Made by a program: the position numbers and the translations under genes. The notes below the pieces were generated by a model. The model was not told where the DNA came from and did not search any database. It worked only from the letters and a program-made list of their open reading frames with translations. Of a stretch of DNA of 64,000 bases, positions 50,393 through 63,568 are shown piece after piece. The DNA is from Eledone cirrhosa (taxonomy: Eukaryota): the NCBI GenBank assembly GCA_964016885.1, contig OZ024744.1, forward strand, positions 62,806,001 through 62,870,000. The letters are read 5' to 3'. The stretch's first letter is position 1; each line of letters starts with the position of its first letter.

Positions 50393-53300
50393 TGCAGTGA
50401 ACAGAATTATTATGTATTTTCCTTTGGCGGAAGAATGGTGTCACAGAGGTGAATTGGCTGAAGTCGCCAATTCACCTCTGTGAGGCCAATGTACTCTATG
50501 ACTACTACGAGTAACACGTGGGTGAAAGTAATGAAGGTGTGTGTGTGATGTTATGGGTGAGTATGCTTGTGAAGGTTCAACATGCAATGTATTGTATGTG
50601 GGGGGGGGGGGGGGGGGTATGGGGTTCAACTGGTGGAGTGTCTGTAAAAGCCTGTTTAATCCTATCTACAGAAACTGTGTGTTTCCTACCACAAACGTCT
50701 ATGGTAAAAAGTTTGTCCGTTTTTGCCAGGACATGGTAGGGTCCTGTATAGGGTGGCACAAGTGGTCCTTTCACTGAGTCTTTATGTAGAAAAACGTGAG
50801 TCCAAGAAGTAATGTTTTTAGGAACCGAAGCTTTAATCGTCTGTTGACGTATTCCAATAGGCGGAAGATCATTGAAATATGATCGCAAACGTTTAATATA
50901 TAACGTTGAATCTTCCCGCGATGCGTCGACTAGGATTAACATCTGTCCCGGCAAGGATAAAGGTGTTCCGTACAGCAATTCCGCTGGGGAATATCCGAGA
51001 TCCTCCCTGACCACCGCGCGACAGCCAAGAAGAACAATTGGTAGATATTCACTCAATTTTTGCTGGTTGGGATAAGCACGTAATGTTGCTTTTAATTGTC
51101 GATGAAAGTGTTCTATCATGCTATTTGACGGCTGATGGTAACTAGTAGTTCTAATACGATGTAGCCCTAAGATTTTAGAAAGTTCATGGAAGAGATGTGA
51201 TTCAAATTGTCCGCCACGGTCAGTGGTGATCGTGGAAGGGACACCGTATCGCGATATCCAGCCAGACATCAGAGCTCGTGTTATCGATTCTGCTGAAATC
51301 TCTTCGAGAGGAATGGCTTCAGGCCAACGTGTAAAACGGTCAATACACGTAAGAAGGTATGTATATCCATGACTGACCGGCCAAGGTCCAACTAGGTCGA
51401 TATGAATATGGTCAAAGCGGGCAGAAGGAGCGTTGAATGTGCCCAGAGGTGCTCGAATGTGTTTGTGCACCTTAGACTTCTGGCAAGGTATGCAGGAACG
51501 AGACCATACAGTGATATCTTGTCTCATATTTGGCCAAAAGAATCTAGCCGCAATGAGTTTCACTGATGAATGGATTCCAGGGTGTGAGAGGTTATATAAC
51601 GTGTCGAAAACTGTTCGCCAATGAAGTTCTGGAACGAAGGGTCGAGGTGAATCAGTTGATATGTCACACAGGATGATATGTCACACATTGTGTCAGAATT
51701 GTGTAAAGGTAATTGTTTGAATTTGCACGTCGCAAATAAATTCAAATCGCCCAAAGAAGGCTGGTCAGCAGCGAGCAAACGTAGATCAATATCAGTTTTT
51801 GTCGATAGTGAGTTGATAGGTAAACGAGATAATGCATCTGCCACTAAATTCTGTGATCCAGGAATATGGTGTATATCACTAGTGAATTGTGATACATAAT
51901 CTAAATATCAAGTTTCACGTGGCGAATATCTGTCGGGTTTCGCTTTGAGAGCAAATGTCAAAGGACGATGGTCCGTGAAAATCGTAAACTGGCGTCCTTC
52001 CAACGAATGCTGGAAGTGTTTGCCAAGAACATCGCTAACAGTTCTCTGCCGAAAGTACTGTATCGGGTTTCAGTTGTTTTGAGAAATATGCAAGTGGTTG
52101 CATCTTCTGGTTGTGGTACTGTTGCAAAACTGCACCTACTGCTGTGCCTGATGCATCAACGATCAGTGAAAAGTGGGCATCAGGCACAGGATGTGCAAGC
52201 AGGGTAACATCAGCTAATTCCTGTTTCACTCTGGAATAAGCTTCGAGTTGAGCAGGGTCTAAAGAAATAGACTCGTTTTTCTTTCTTCGGTTCCGCAACA
52301 GTTCAGAAAGAGGTGCTATTGTAGCAGTAATATAGATCCTTTGTAATTAAATGTATTTTCCTTCGGCGGAAGTAAATTGGCTGAAGTGTGAGCCAATCAA
52401 AACCTTCAGCGGAGCGATACAAGTTACTGGACTACTTAGACCAGATAACGGAAGTAAAGACAGAAAGACAGTCTCCAGAAAAATCTGCTATCGTCAACAC
52501 GTCGATTCTTCGATACGCCATATCCTGTCGTATCTCACACATGGAAATACAGGCAAAATGAGTTTCACAGTGTGAAGACAGAACAACCTAATTGTTATTA
52601 TACCAATTCCCTGTGGGTACCAAAAATAAATGGAAGTACATACTTATAATGGAGTTTGTCTATTTAATGCCTTCTGATCTAACCTTACTAATAACGACAC
52701 TTACAATCATCATGATACTATGCGCTCAGCACAATATGGAATAAATCGACGGTAATAATTTAGCAGTCCCAAGAACTGACGTAATGATGTAGGAGGAGGT
52801 AATTCTTGAAGAGCTTTCACTTTATCCGGTGGAGGTGATATGCCTGTAAGACTAATGATGTGTCCTAGAAAAACTAGCGAAGACGCACCAAATATACACT
52901 TCGCGGGGTTAATGCGAACTTGGTACTTCTTAAAACGTTGAAATAATAAACGAAGGTGTTTAACATGTTCCTCTGGAGATGTGCTAGCAACGAGTACGTC
53001 GTCTATATAGCAGTATACAAAATCCAGGTCTCTGGTGATTTCGTCCATGAAGTGTTGAAAGGTACTAGTGACGTTGCGTAGACCAAAAAAACTCAAAAGC
53101 ACCAAAGGGTATAGTGATAGCAGTCTTCGGAATATCAGCTGGATTAAGTGGCATCTGATGATACGCTCTGACTAAATCCAGTTTAGAAAAAACTGTGCAT
53201 CCACGTAAGGAAGAAGCAAAATCCTGAATGTGTGGGATCGGGTACAGTCATCGCGTTTAATCGGCGAAAGTCCCCAGTCCGACGCCAATCGCTGGAACGC

Positions 53301-54616
53301 TTTGGAACCAAATGCAAAGGAGAGGCCCACGGACTGGAGGAAGGGCGTATGATCCCCAGCTGTAGCATGTGGTTAAATTCAGCCTTCGCCGCTTTCAATT
53401 TCTCCGCAGGGAGGCGGCGAGGGCATGAAAATACAGGAGCGCCAGAAGTTGGGATATAATGTTTTGTGGAGTGAGTAGACTTGCTCACCACAAAATTCAA
53501 ATTTGTCAATTCCGGGAAGGAATTTAGAAGCGACTGGAAAGGGTCCTCGGAAGCGGCGATGAAGAATACCGGGCTGATAGATGAGACAGTATATCTCAAA
53601 GCCGGAACAGAGAGTTCCGTATTAGCATCCAACAACCGGCGTCTGCACATATCCACTAAGAGGTTATAGTGGTGCAGGAAATCTGAGCCTAGAATAGGGT
53701 AAGGCAAATCAGCGACCATGAAAATCCACGTGAAGTCTCTTCGCAATTCCAGGTTCAAAGAATGAGAAATTTGACCATACGTGGAGATAGGAGAATGATT
53801 TATGGCTTGCAGAGAAATGGATGAAACTGGCGGCTTCTCTTTGAGAAGTTTTAGTGGCCATATGCTGCAAGCAGCGCCTGTATCCACCAGACATCGTGCT
53901 TGGGAAAACGTGTCAGTTATGAAGAACGCACGATTATTTGGGAGTGTCAGAGGAGACTGTGCTGTGCTCAGGTCTCCTGAAATTCGTTTCCCTGGTTGGA
54001 AAAGGAACAGGGCTGTCTACAACAGCATGCCGCTGCGCCAAAACGGCTGTGGTAGTAGCACAGTCCTGGTTTGTTTGTGTGGCGGCGGCGTGGCGAGGGC
54101 GAACAGCCCTGTAAACGACGAGGCGTGGCGAGGGCGATTGAGCCCTGGAGAAACTCAATCTTCTCACCTCTTTGGTGAGTTGTGCTATAGCTTGAAGAAT
54201 TGCCATAGACGTGAGCGACTGATCGGTGTGAACGGCAGCCGCTGGAGAGATGGCGGAAGAATGGTGTCACAGAGGTGACTTGGCTGAAGTAGCCAATCAG
54301 GACCCTCAGCGGATCGAGACAAGTTGCTGGACTACTTGGACCAGGACACAGTTGGCTGACAGGCAGAGAGACACAGAGTTCACTGAACGACGAGCATCAA
54401 GACGTCCGACATTTGATATGCCACATTCTTTCACATCTCCACTGGAATATGCAGCCAACACAATGTGAAGACTTGCTCAACCTTCTCTTGTTATTTCGAT
54501 TCCATATTTGTACAACAAATAAAAGGGAATTTTTGTTATAACGGATTATGTCGTTTTTGTCATTGCCTTCTGAATTGATAAATATAATAATATCTCCAGC
54601 GACACGTAATGTTATA
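50393..54616 (-). mobile_element. Rearranged Gypsy element (gag-pol on minus, LTR pieces on plus), CTAC TSD
   Basis: Gag CYYH..FG..A..C..PC (53968-54270), protease DTGA and RT (53183-53887, 52710-53105 YIDD), RNase H (52035-52298), integrase with GPY (50577-51563). CTAC at 50389-50392 and 54617-54620. Confidence 0.85.
52320..52717 (+). mobile_element. Solo LTR nested in Gypsy pol, CTAT TSD
   Basis: CTAT at 52316-52319 and 52718-52721; removal restores pol CAERIAPLSELLR. Shares aaatgtattttcctt..ggcggaag..attggctgaagtgtgagccaatc with the 43086 LTR. Confidence 0.85.
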
Positions 54617-54849
54617 CTACAACGCAAGGTGTTCAGGATTGCAAGACAATGAGTCCAGGAAAACAGATATTGTCGAAGAGAAGTGTGTCTGTAACGATGA
54701 TACTGATAAGAAGGTAGCCTGTGTCACTACGAGAGACTACTAAATGAGGAGAATGAATGGGATGGAGATAGTCTGCCCCAAATCGATCCAACAGAGGGAC
54801 TAACAGTGCAAGTTAGTGGTAGTATAATAAGTAAGGCAACCAAAGATAT

Positions 54850-55312
54850 TGTAGTGACCTACATTCCGAGAGCTCATGGATACATTCTCCGTACGTTGTT
54901 TGGCTCAGTTCAGCCAATCACTACCAGCGTAGGAAAATGTATCTCGACTTCCGCCCAGAGGGAAAAATTTCCGCTGCTATTCAAAAACTCTCTCTTGCAG
55001 CTCGACACTGTGAAGGTAAACATCTCTTGCTTTCATTCCTCAAGCATAGACAATATGTAGCAACAAATATCACTACAGCCCTGGCTAACACCTCAGCCAG
55101 TTGACCGTACCTCCTTAAACTCTTAATTAATCATTTCTCTTGGCATGCCAGCTAAACCTTTGTAATCTATTTGTAAATAAATTATATATTATAAACATTA
55201 TAAAGTTGTAAGATGCTATTTTCCACATTACTTTTAACATCTTCAATGGTGATCTGTGATACAATACACAAATACACACATTCTAAACATCTACAAAATA
55301 ACACCTTCTAAA
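54850..55312 (+). mobile_element. Solo LTR (family of 59875-62899), ATAT TSD
   Basis: Starts TGTAGTGACCTACATTCCG, the reverse complement of the 60389/62899 LTR end. ATAT at 54846-54849 and 55313-55316 restores the RTE text. Confidence 0.8.
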
Positions 55313-55774
55313 ATATGAAGACAGGCAAGGCAGCCAGGCCTTTGGAGATAGTTGTTGACATGTTGAAGGCATAGTAAACCAAGTAATACAGAATGGGGTC
55401 ATACCAAATGACTGGTGTAGCAGCAGCATCATTAACTGCTACAAGGGCAAAGGAGACGCTCCAGATAGAGAAAACTATAGAGGCATTAAGTTAGTTGACC
55501 AGGTCATGAAGGTCACAGAAAGAGTTATTGCACAACTGATTAGAGACCAAATTGATCTAAATGAAGTGCAGTTTTAGTTTGTGCCAGGTAAAAGTACCAC
55601 AGATGCTCTCTTCCTTGTATGGCAACTACAGGAGTACCTAGTTAAAGGTAAACCCCTCTACTTAGCTTTTGGAGACAGAGTCCCCTGCTCCATTATCTGG
55701 TGGGTCCTTAGAAAACTAGGAGTAGATGAATGTTTATTATTGCCCTTCAGGTTATAACAGAAGAATATAATACT

Positions 55775-56095
55775 CCAGCACACAAGCCTTTGGTTTCAAT
55801 GACTGGTTGATCACTCCCTATTCAGTAGATTTTACTCCATCTAACGATAATCTGTTCAATAAGGGGGAAAAAAAAAACGTGGTTTGGAACCAGTATTGCA
55901 GTGATACCTGCTGTTGATGGCTTTTTTGACCAACAGGATGGAATATTCTTCACCAATGGGATTGAAACATTGCATCACTGATGGAATAAGTGTGTAAACA
56001 GCAAGGGGGGGACTTTGTTGGAAAATAAACCCCATTTGGTCACATTCCATGAGAATATCTTGGTCAGCCTATGAACTCTTCAGCTAACCTCCATA
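55775..56095 (+). mobile_element. Mariner transposase C-terminal remnant with terminal repeat
   Basis: Degenerate PYS.D..PS...LF and GI.....W.KCV...G..V motifs followed by a TIR-like end. Confidence 0.55.
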
Positions 56096-56550
56096 CATTA
56101 TTTAGACATATTTTAACTGGTTCAGAAAATCAACTACTCCAGCACCAGTCTAAAACCAAGCTTGTCAGATTAGTAGGTGTAACATGTTAGGTGAATTATG
56201 TACTTGACTTACAAAACTTTAATACACTGTTGGTTTCTTGTGATTATATATGGTATGCAATAAATAAATGTTTCTAATTTTAGCACAAGGCCAGCAATTA
56301 CCCCAGTGCATTACTGCCGTTTTATTTTATCAACCCCATAAGGATGAAAGGCAAAGTTAACCTCGACAGGATTTGAATTCAGAACGTAAAGGGCTATAAC
56401 TATGCTGCAAAGCATAGTGTCTGACGTTCTGACACTCTACCGATACTGCCAATCCACTGCCCCGTGCATGCAATAAATAATGGCAGATAGGAACGAGAAG
56501 CAAAAGAGTAACTTTGGAATTGGTTGATTTTAGAAAAATGTCAAACTTAC

Positions 56551-56664
56551 AGCAGTCTTTCCTTGTTTTTTTGCAACTTTCACATATGGTGTATCAAATT
56601 CCGTGGAACTATCAGGGGCATAATCTGGGTCATTAACATTTGGGGTATCAAGAACAAAATATAT
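56551..56664 (-). CDS. KIF4: KIF4-like exon
   Basis: tctttttag acceptor and GCT|gtaagt donor. IYFVLDTPNVNDPDYAPDSSTEFDTPYVKVAKKQGKTA; phase 0 to 0. Confidence 0.75.
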
Positions 56665-57136
56665 CTAAAAAGAAATAATAAAAAAATTTTCTTTTTAAAT
56701 TGGATTAAAAAACAAAACAAAAAAAACAAAACAATAGAAATACAAATAACTTATATTAACCATTATACCAACAACTCCAATTTCCCAAAGCACGTTCCCC
56801 ACCCCTCCCACGTCTCCAACCTCCTCTATAAAGGGATCCCCCCTGGAGCCATAACAAAAGTGAGTGCCCAGTCCACACTGTAAAGTGATCGTGTTGGTGT
56901 CACAACAAAAAGCACCCAGTCCACACTGGGAATGTGGTTGGTGTTAAGAAAGGCATCCAGCTGTAGAAACCAAGTTAAAATCAGTTGTGTGAGTGAATTC
57001 AGTCCCCTAACCTGATCGCTTACAAAGGGACAGTCCATCCAACCCAAGCTAGCATGGAAGATGGATATTAAATGATGTTGATGATGATATATATACGTAC
57101 ACATATATACATCCACCTACATATACACACATACAT

Positions 57137-59470
57137 AACCATCGTCTTTATAACTGTTTTTTCACACTCACATGGGTTGGACGGGTCCTCCTTAGCACAG
57201 CATCCCTCCATTTGCCACGTTTCTTTGTCATTTCCTCTGTAACTCAGCGATTTGAGGTCAGCTCTCACCACCTCTGCCCAGGTCTTTCTCAGCCTTCCTC
57301 TACTGTGGTTTCATTCCACTGGCATTTCCAGGCAATTCTTCACCCATTAATCATCATCTATGTGCACAACATCTCCATACCAACAGTCTTCTCTCCTGCA
57401 CACCACATCAGATTCCTCTTAAACCCAGTTTCTCCCTCAGTTCATCCATCAAAGCATGGTCACTTCATTTCTTTCCAATCTATGCATGTCTTCCATCCTA
57501 TCCTTATTCTAGCTATTATGCTCTCAGAGCACCTTCCTCTGCTGCTAATTAAGTTGCCTAGATCACAGAAGCTACCAACCACTTCTATGGCCCCTTCCAG
57601 TGACTAAGAGGTTTATATAACTGAGGCTGTTCCTTTCCTGTTAGTCTACCCATTATCCCACTACATCTCTTGTGCACCCAAGGTTTACATTGTGTAAACT
57701 GTATGGAGTTTATGCTTACTCCTTTACACCTTGAAGGGATCAGGGTCCTATCTTTCCTACTGACTTTAGTTTTGGCTAAGTTTAGTCTCAGACTTTTTGA
57801 TTCCAAATTGTGTTTCTGTAGTTGGAACTTATTTTCTAGTTCTTTTATGGATTCAGCTGTAAGGACCAGATCACCTGCATAGAGAAGTTCCCATGGATAG
57901 CCAGTTTTAAACTCCACTATTATAATCTATAGAACTATGATGAACAGCAAATCTTGATTCAAATCTTGATTCATTTCTACTTGCACCTTGTATTCCTCAT
58001 TAAATTCCTTTCCTACTCTCACTTTACTGACAGCTCCTCTGTACATGGCTTGCAATGAACTCACAAGCCATTCTTCTTAAATATAGTGGTTTATTTTTGG
58101 TAGGAACTTCTTTTGTAGTTGCCTCACTAAGAAGAGGGCATCTGTAGTACTTTTCTAAAGCTTGAAACCTAACTGCATCTCATCTTATTTGATTCTTTGA
58201 CAGTTATAGCCCAACTACTTAGGCACTTTCATAACTTGGTCCATTAGTTTTATTCCTCTATAGTTGCTCCTTTCTAGAGCATCACCTTTGCCCTTGCAGC
58301 AATTTATGATTGTACTGCTGCACCAGTCATTGGGTATGACTCCGTCTTGTATTACCTGATTGACTATGCAGGTTACAAGTTCAACGACTCCTCCTGATGC
58401 TTTTAGCATCTTAGCAACTAGCTCTAATGGCCCTGCAGCTTTGTCATTCTTCATCGCTTTGATTACTTCTTTGACCCTAAAACTGTCAACTTCAATAGCT
58501 GGTCCTACATTTAGATAAGTTGGGGTTACTTTCTCTTCCTCCCATTCATTCTCTATATTCATCAATCTCTCATAGTAATATTTCCAAGCAATTTTTCTTT
58601 TGGGCATCAGTTTCATTTCTAAGACATTTCCCCCCCAACAACATCTCAATTTACACTGACATACTGCCTTACAATATGGAACACTTCACATATCTGATCC
58701 TCAAATCACAAGACATTGGCAAACTAAAGGTCCTTTAGCTTCCAAATCCTCCTCCGTATTTTCCTGCCTATCTTGTTCTGTCTTCTGTTTATTTTGATGT
58801 CACTAATAACTAACTTGTGTTGGGCAATGCTTTCTTCTCCAGGGAAGGCGATAAACGGACTGTAATAAACATTAACTAGTAATTGATTTGGCTTGTGTAT
58901 TCACCTGATTGATACAAAATCAGGTGGCTGGCTGGCGAGTTCCCTAAAATTTGTATTGCGAATTGTTAATTCATTCACGTCACAGAATTCCAAAAGCCTC
59001 AATCCCTCTTTATTTCTTGAGCCATAGCCACCATTAACTCCACAGAATCCTTCCTGGTATTGTCTCACATCTCCTTTGAAGTTGCCTGCTAGAATGATGA
59101 AGTCTCATCAGTAACTGAAGTTGTCTGTAAAAGTTCCGCATAGAACCTGTCCTTTTGTTCTTTACCCAGTCTGCCTGTGGAGCATAGGTAGATGTAATTG
59201 TCACCATTCTATTTCCTACAGTTATTCTAAGCTTGATTCTGTCACTTACTCCAACAATCTCGATTACCTTATCTATCCATTTCTCAGCTAGTAAGATGCC
59301 TACACCACCTAGCCCCGTTACCCAGTAGAGTTTATATCTCTGTTGCTTGCCAGTGATCAGTCTTGGTGAGGCACCCCTCCATCTCACTTCTTGTACTCAA
59401 CATACATCTAATTCCTCTAACAGTTTCACCTGATTTACCTTTCAGGGTACCAACATTGAAGGTGACAGTC
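57137..59470 (-). mobile_element. Decayed RTE LINE
   Basis: ORFs 59034-59387 (endonuclease, TYAPQ), 58215-58649 (NYRGIKL) and 57585-57917 (LLYAGDL). Confidence 0.85.
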
Positions 59471-59733
59471 CAGAGATTTGTACCTTGGCAATTGTTATAC
59501 ATGCATATACACACACACGTATTTTGAAAATAATCAAGTATGTGAAGAGATTTAGTAAAATAACTAACTTTTTCATTAATAAGCTGGTTTTTAGAACATA
59601 ACATACATAAAGGTTCTTAAATTATGATAGGTTATTTTTTTCTTTTAGATTAATATAATCACTTAAAACAATTTTGTATCATAGAACCATAGCTTGTTTC
59701 ATATCTAAAGAGTAAGGAATATGTGCAACATAC

Positions 59734-59829
59734 AGATTTTGCCTCCTTTGTTAATGCAGAGGGCTCATTTTCTATTGAGGGCTCATTTTCCACTGCTTTC
59801 TCCTTCAGTTGTTTCAACAACAGTGAAAT
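59734..59829 (-). CDS. KIF4: KIF4-like exon
   Basis: ttacag acceptor and TCT|gtatgt donor. ISLLLKQLKEKAVENEPSIENEPSALTKEAKS; phase 0 to 0. Confidence 0.7.
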
Positions 59830-59874
59830 CTGTAATTTTAAAAAACACAATTAACTATTTTTTCCTAACACACA

Positions 59875-61991
59875 TGTAACAGGAGGAAATTATAACAGGA
59901 GGATGTTTTAATGTATATATAAAGTTGTATTTAGCAGTTATGTGTGTGTGTTATAGTTAGTAGCACCACGAATAATCTTCTTGGTAGAAAGATGTGTTAG
60001 TCATATCGACAAACGAGTAACTTGATAACAACGTCAACAAGAAGAATGTTCGTGAGATGAAAAGTATGTTTAATTGTTGTGGCACAAAGTAAGGTTTTGT
60101 TAAATTGTATGATTGTAGTTCAACCTAAAAAAGGTTACAAAAGGAATGTGCCATTGTGCCAGGCCGAGGCAGGCCGGCAGGCCAAAGTGCAAAATCTCAT
60201 TGTTACATGTTGTACGTGTTGTTCCTTCGAAGTTCAGGATACGAGAGGCTGATTCTTCAAATCCACGCGGGGAATTTCTCCCTCAGGTGCGCGTAGGGAT
60301 ACATTCTCTTCTACTGGCGCTGATTGGCTGAGCTGAGCCAAATCACGCACAGAGAATGTATGTGAGCCCGCGGAATGTAGGTCACTACAATACCCCCCTC
60401 CTAGTTGTAAGACGATACAGATTATTGAATCAGCAGGAAAAAATGCTGAAAGAGCACATCAATGAAAAAATTGAACAAAAGAATACATGCAAGAAGAAAA
60501 ATGAGGCACTAAGGGCCGTGCTGAGCCTCTGTGTCAAATGACTAGCTGTTTTGCTATTTATACGTGACCACCAGGGGTCTAACAGAAAACAGATAAAGTC
60601 TGACATGGACGAAGTTCCTGTTCTTGCATTAAATGTTAATGGTAAGTGTTGTACCAGTAGCTGTGGATGAAGCTATTATGGTAGTTTACCAGTGCTGGCA
60701 AGAAGATGATGGGTAGGCGAGAAAAAGTCGGCCTCCCAGATGTATTACCGAAAGTGCTAGGCAGCTGGTTGCTTTGAAAAGAAAAAAGCAAGTTGAATCT
60801 GTAGGTGGGAGTAGTTGCAGTGTAAATTCCATAATTCTGGCGAATCCCTAGGAGAAATGGTGGAAATGCTGACAGGTCCAGTTCCATTTGTTGTTTTCCC
60901 AGTGAGTCGGGTAAAGTAACAAGATGGAGGTTGTTATGCTATAGGACGATGAGTGTGCAACGAGATGTGAAGCTGTTTGAATCCAGCTGCAATTAGCAGT
61001 TCTCGTGTTGCGGTGCCTGTTTGAATCCAGGTGAATTACGCTCTATGAGTCGCTAGCATGTGTCGGCACCTCAACCAGGTGAAAAGGCATCTCGCAGAAT
61101 ATTATGTTTGAAGAACATATACTAAGAACAACATGTTGGTGTGTGTCAAAGAAATGTGTGTACATATGCAGGCATGTAATACAGCAAAGAATGTGTCGGT
61201 GCAATCATATATACAATGATAAAGAAAATAAATTTTCATATCATGCAGTTCTCAAAGAATAAATGTCCGGACATTGCCTGTAAATAGAGAAAGAAAGAAA
61301 TAATTGTTTCTTGAAACAAAGTTCGCTTTTTCTTTTCTTTAAATTCTCTCTGGGTTGTTCTGCTGATTTGATGTTGTTGATAAAGCAAAGATGAAGCTGT
61401 TGTTGTTGCTGTTGATGCTGATGCCTCGCAGAGAGCCTTTTGAAATTGTTTCAATGGAAACAATTCGTTCATAGTAAGCAGGTTCAAGAAAAATTATGCG
61501 CAGGTTAAGAGAAATAGCAGCCAGTAAACAGTTGAGCGTTGGTGAATGAGCGAGTTCAGAGAGCTGTGACCATAGAAACAAGCATTCTGAATAAATGCAC
61601 AGTAATTAATGGCAAATTTACAACATGGTAAATTTTTTTAACTGCCAAGTACGAGAATATAGCTTGAGGCTGGAAGTCCTTGAAATTAATAGCAAGTATT
61701 CTCAGTGGGTCGAGATGTGTGCACAGTACACACGTGCTAAGTGAAGGTGAAAGTCGAGTTGAAAATGCGTGGGAAAAAAAATGACGAAACCAGGAAGACA
61801 AGATGGCCGATAATGAAAGCAAATAGAGCAAAAGACGCCATTTTGAATTTTTTCGGTGAATGATGAAAAAGGCTTGGTGGAAAGAGTAAGCAATAGTTGA
61901 AATTCAGCAAAAATAAATATACATATTGAAATGTGTAAAAAAAAGTCCTATTTTTCTTTTTAAGTGTCCGTTGTAAGAAGAAACGAAAAAC

Positions 61992-62037
<46 letters not shown>

Positions 62038-62899
62038 CAGTGAAATACGACACGTGTGTGAAAGGCAAAATTTTCTGTTTTATTTTGCTTGCTGACAAAA
62101 AAAAAAATTTTTCTTTTTTTCTTTTTAATGTGTTTGTTATAAGACACTGTATGCAGAGAGAAATCCATGTCTAAAGCGGTCGGAGGGATCTCTTGGTCCG
62201 AAAAAAATATATCACGTTAGGTGAAAGAAAAAGAGTCTGTCTGAACGAGAATTTCACATGTGCGTGTCTTCGTATTTTTCCTAGTTTGTTAATAAAGTTT
62301 GCTGCGTGTTCGAAATGTTGGTCGACACATTCCAACGAAAATGGGGTAACCATTTTTTTAACTAGTTGAAATATATCGTCCCACGTCGGGTTCACCAGTG
62401 TAACAGGAGGAAATTATAACAGGAGGATGTTTTAATGTATATATAAAGTTGTATTTAGCAGTTATGTGTGTGTGTTATAGTTAGTAGCGCCACGAGTAAT
62501 CTTCTTGGTAGAAAGATGTGTTAATCATATCAACAAACGAGTAACTTGATAACAACATCAACAAGAATATTCGTGAGATGAAAAGTATGTTTATTTGTTG
62601 TGGCACAAAGTATTGTTTTGTTATATTTTATGATTGTAGTTCAACCTAAAAAAGATTACAAAAGGAATGTGCCATTGTGGCAGGCCTGAGGCAGGCCAAA
62701 GTGCAAAATCTCACCATTACATGTTCTATGTGTTGTTCCTTCGAAGTTTAGGATGCGAGAGGCTGATTCTTCAAATCCTCGCGGGGAATTTCTCCCTCAG
62801 GGCGCGTAGGATACATTCTCTTCTACTGGCGCTGATTGGCTGAACTGAGCCAAATCACGCACAGAGAATGTATGAGCCTGCGGAATGTAGGTCACTACA
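59875..62899 (-). mobile_element. Non-autonomous LTR retroelement (LARD/TRIM-like)
   Basis: LTRs 59875-60389 and 62399-62899 (TGTAAC...CTACA) with CACA TSD on both sides. Minus-strand PBS TGGTGAACCCGACGTG, PPT CTAGGAGGGGGGTAT and no gag/pol motifs in the 2-kb interior. Confidence 0.9.
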
Positions 62900-63568
62900 C
62901 ACATGTCAACATTTACAAGTTAAATAGTGGCCATCACCATCACACACATATATAACAAATCAGATGATAGGTAAGAATTCAGAAAACAATGCTTTAGAAT
63001 TGTTTCAATACATCACTCAAGAGAACACCATGCCAGAACATCACCATCGTATTTGTTTGCTTTCTCATGCTTGCATTGGTTGGATGGGTCCTTCACAGCA
63101 CGGCATCTCTCTACCTGTCCCGTTCCTTTGTCATCTCCTCTGTCAAGGTCTTTCTTAGTCGTCCTCTATTGTGGCTTACTTCCACTAGGATTTCCTGGCA
63201 TTTCTTTACCCAACGGTCATTGTCTATGTGCATCACATGTTCAAACCAATGCAGTTTTTTCTTCTGTATACCATCTTGGATTCACCTTAAATCCAGCAAT
63301 CTTTCAGCTCATCCAAGCTCTGTCTTTTTTTCACATTGACATCCAACAAGACAGTTGCTTCAAAATATGAACTAAAGTAAACACTGTAGAGTGGCTGACA
63401 TTTTGAAAGAGCGTCCCAGCAACAGAAGTCATGCCAAATAAGGACTATGTGTAAGATATTGTTATCTTAACTGTCTAATCTCACCGACCATGCAAGCATA
63501 GAAAACGGACATGAAATGATATGTAAATACATGTCTTTACATACATATATTAATACTTCAACACATAC

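Larger units (their letters stand above)
48900..55765 (+). mobile_element. RTE LINE interrupted by three LTR-derived insertions
   Basis: Endonuclease ORF 49237-49854 (SAYAPQ, GDLN, QIDY). The RTE reading frame resumes across TSDs at 50313, 54617 and 55313. Confidence 0.85.

Noticed and set aside
59659-59733. Extension of the KIF4 exon to the in-frame stop at 59659
   Set aside because: A strong gtatgt donor after 59734 keeps phase with the downstream CXC exons; read-through is unsupported.
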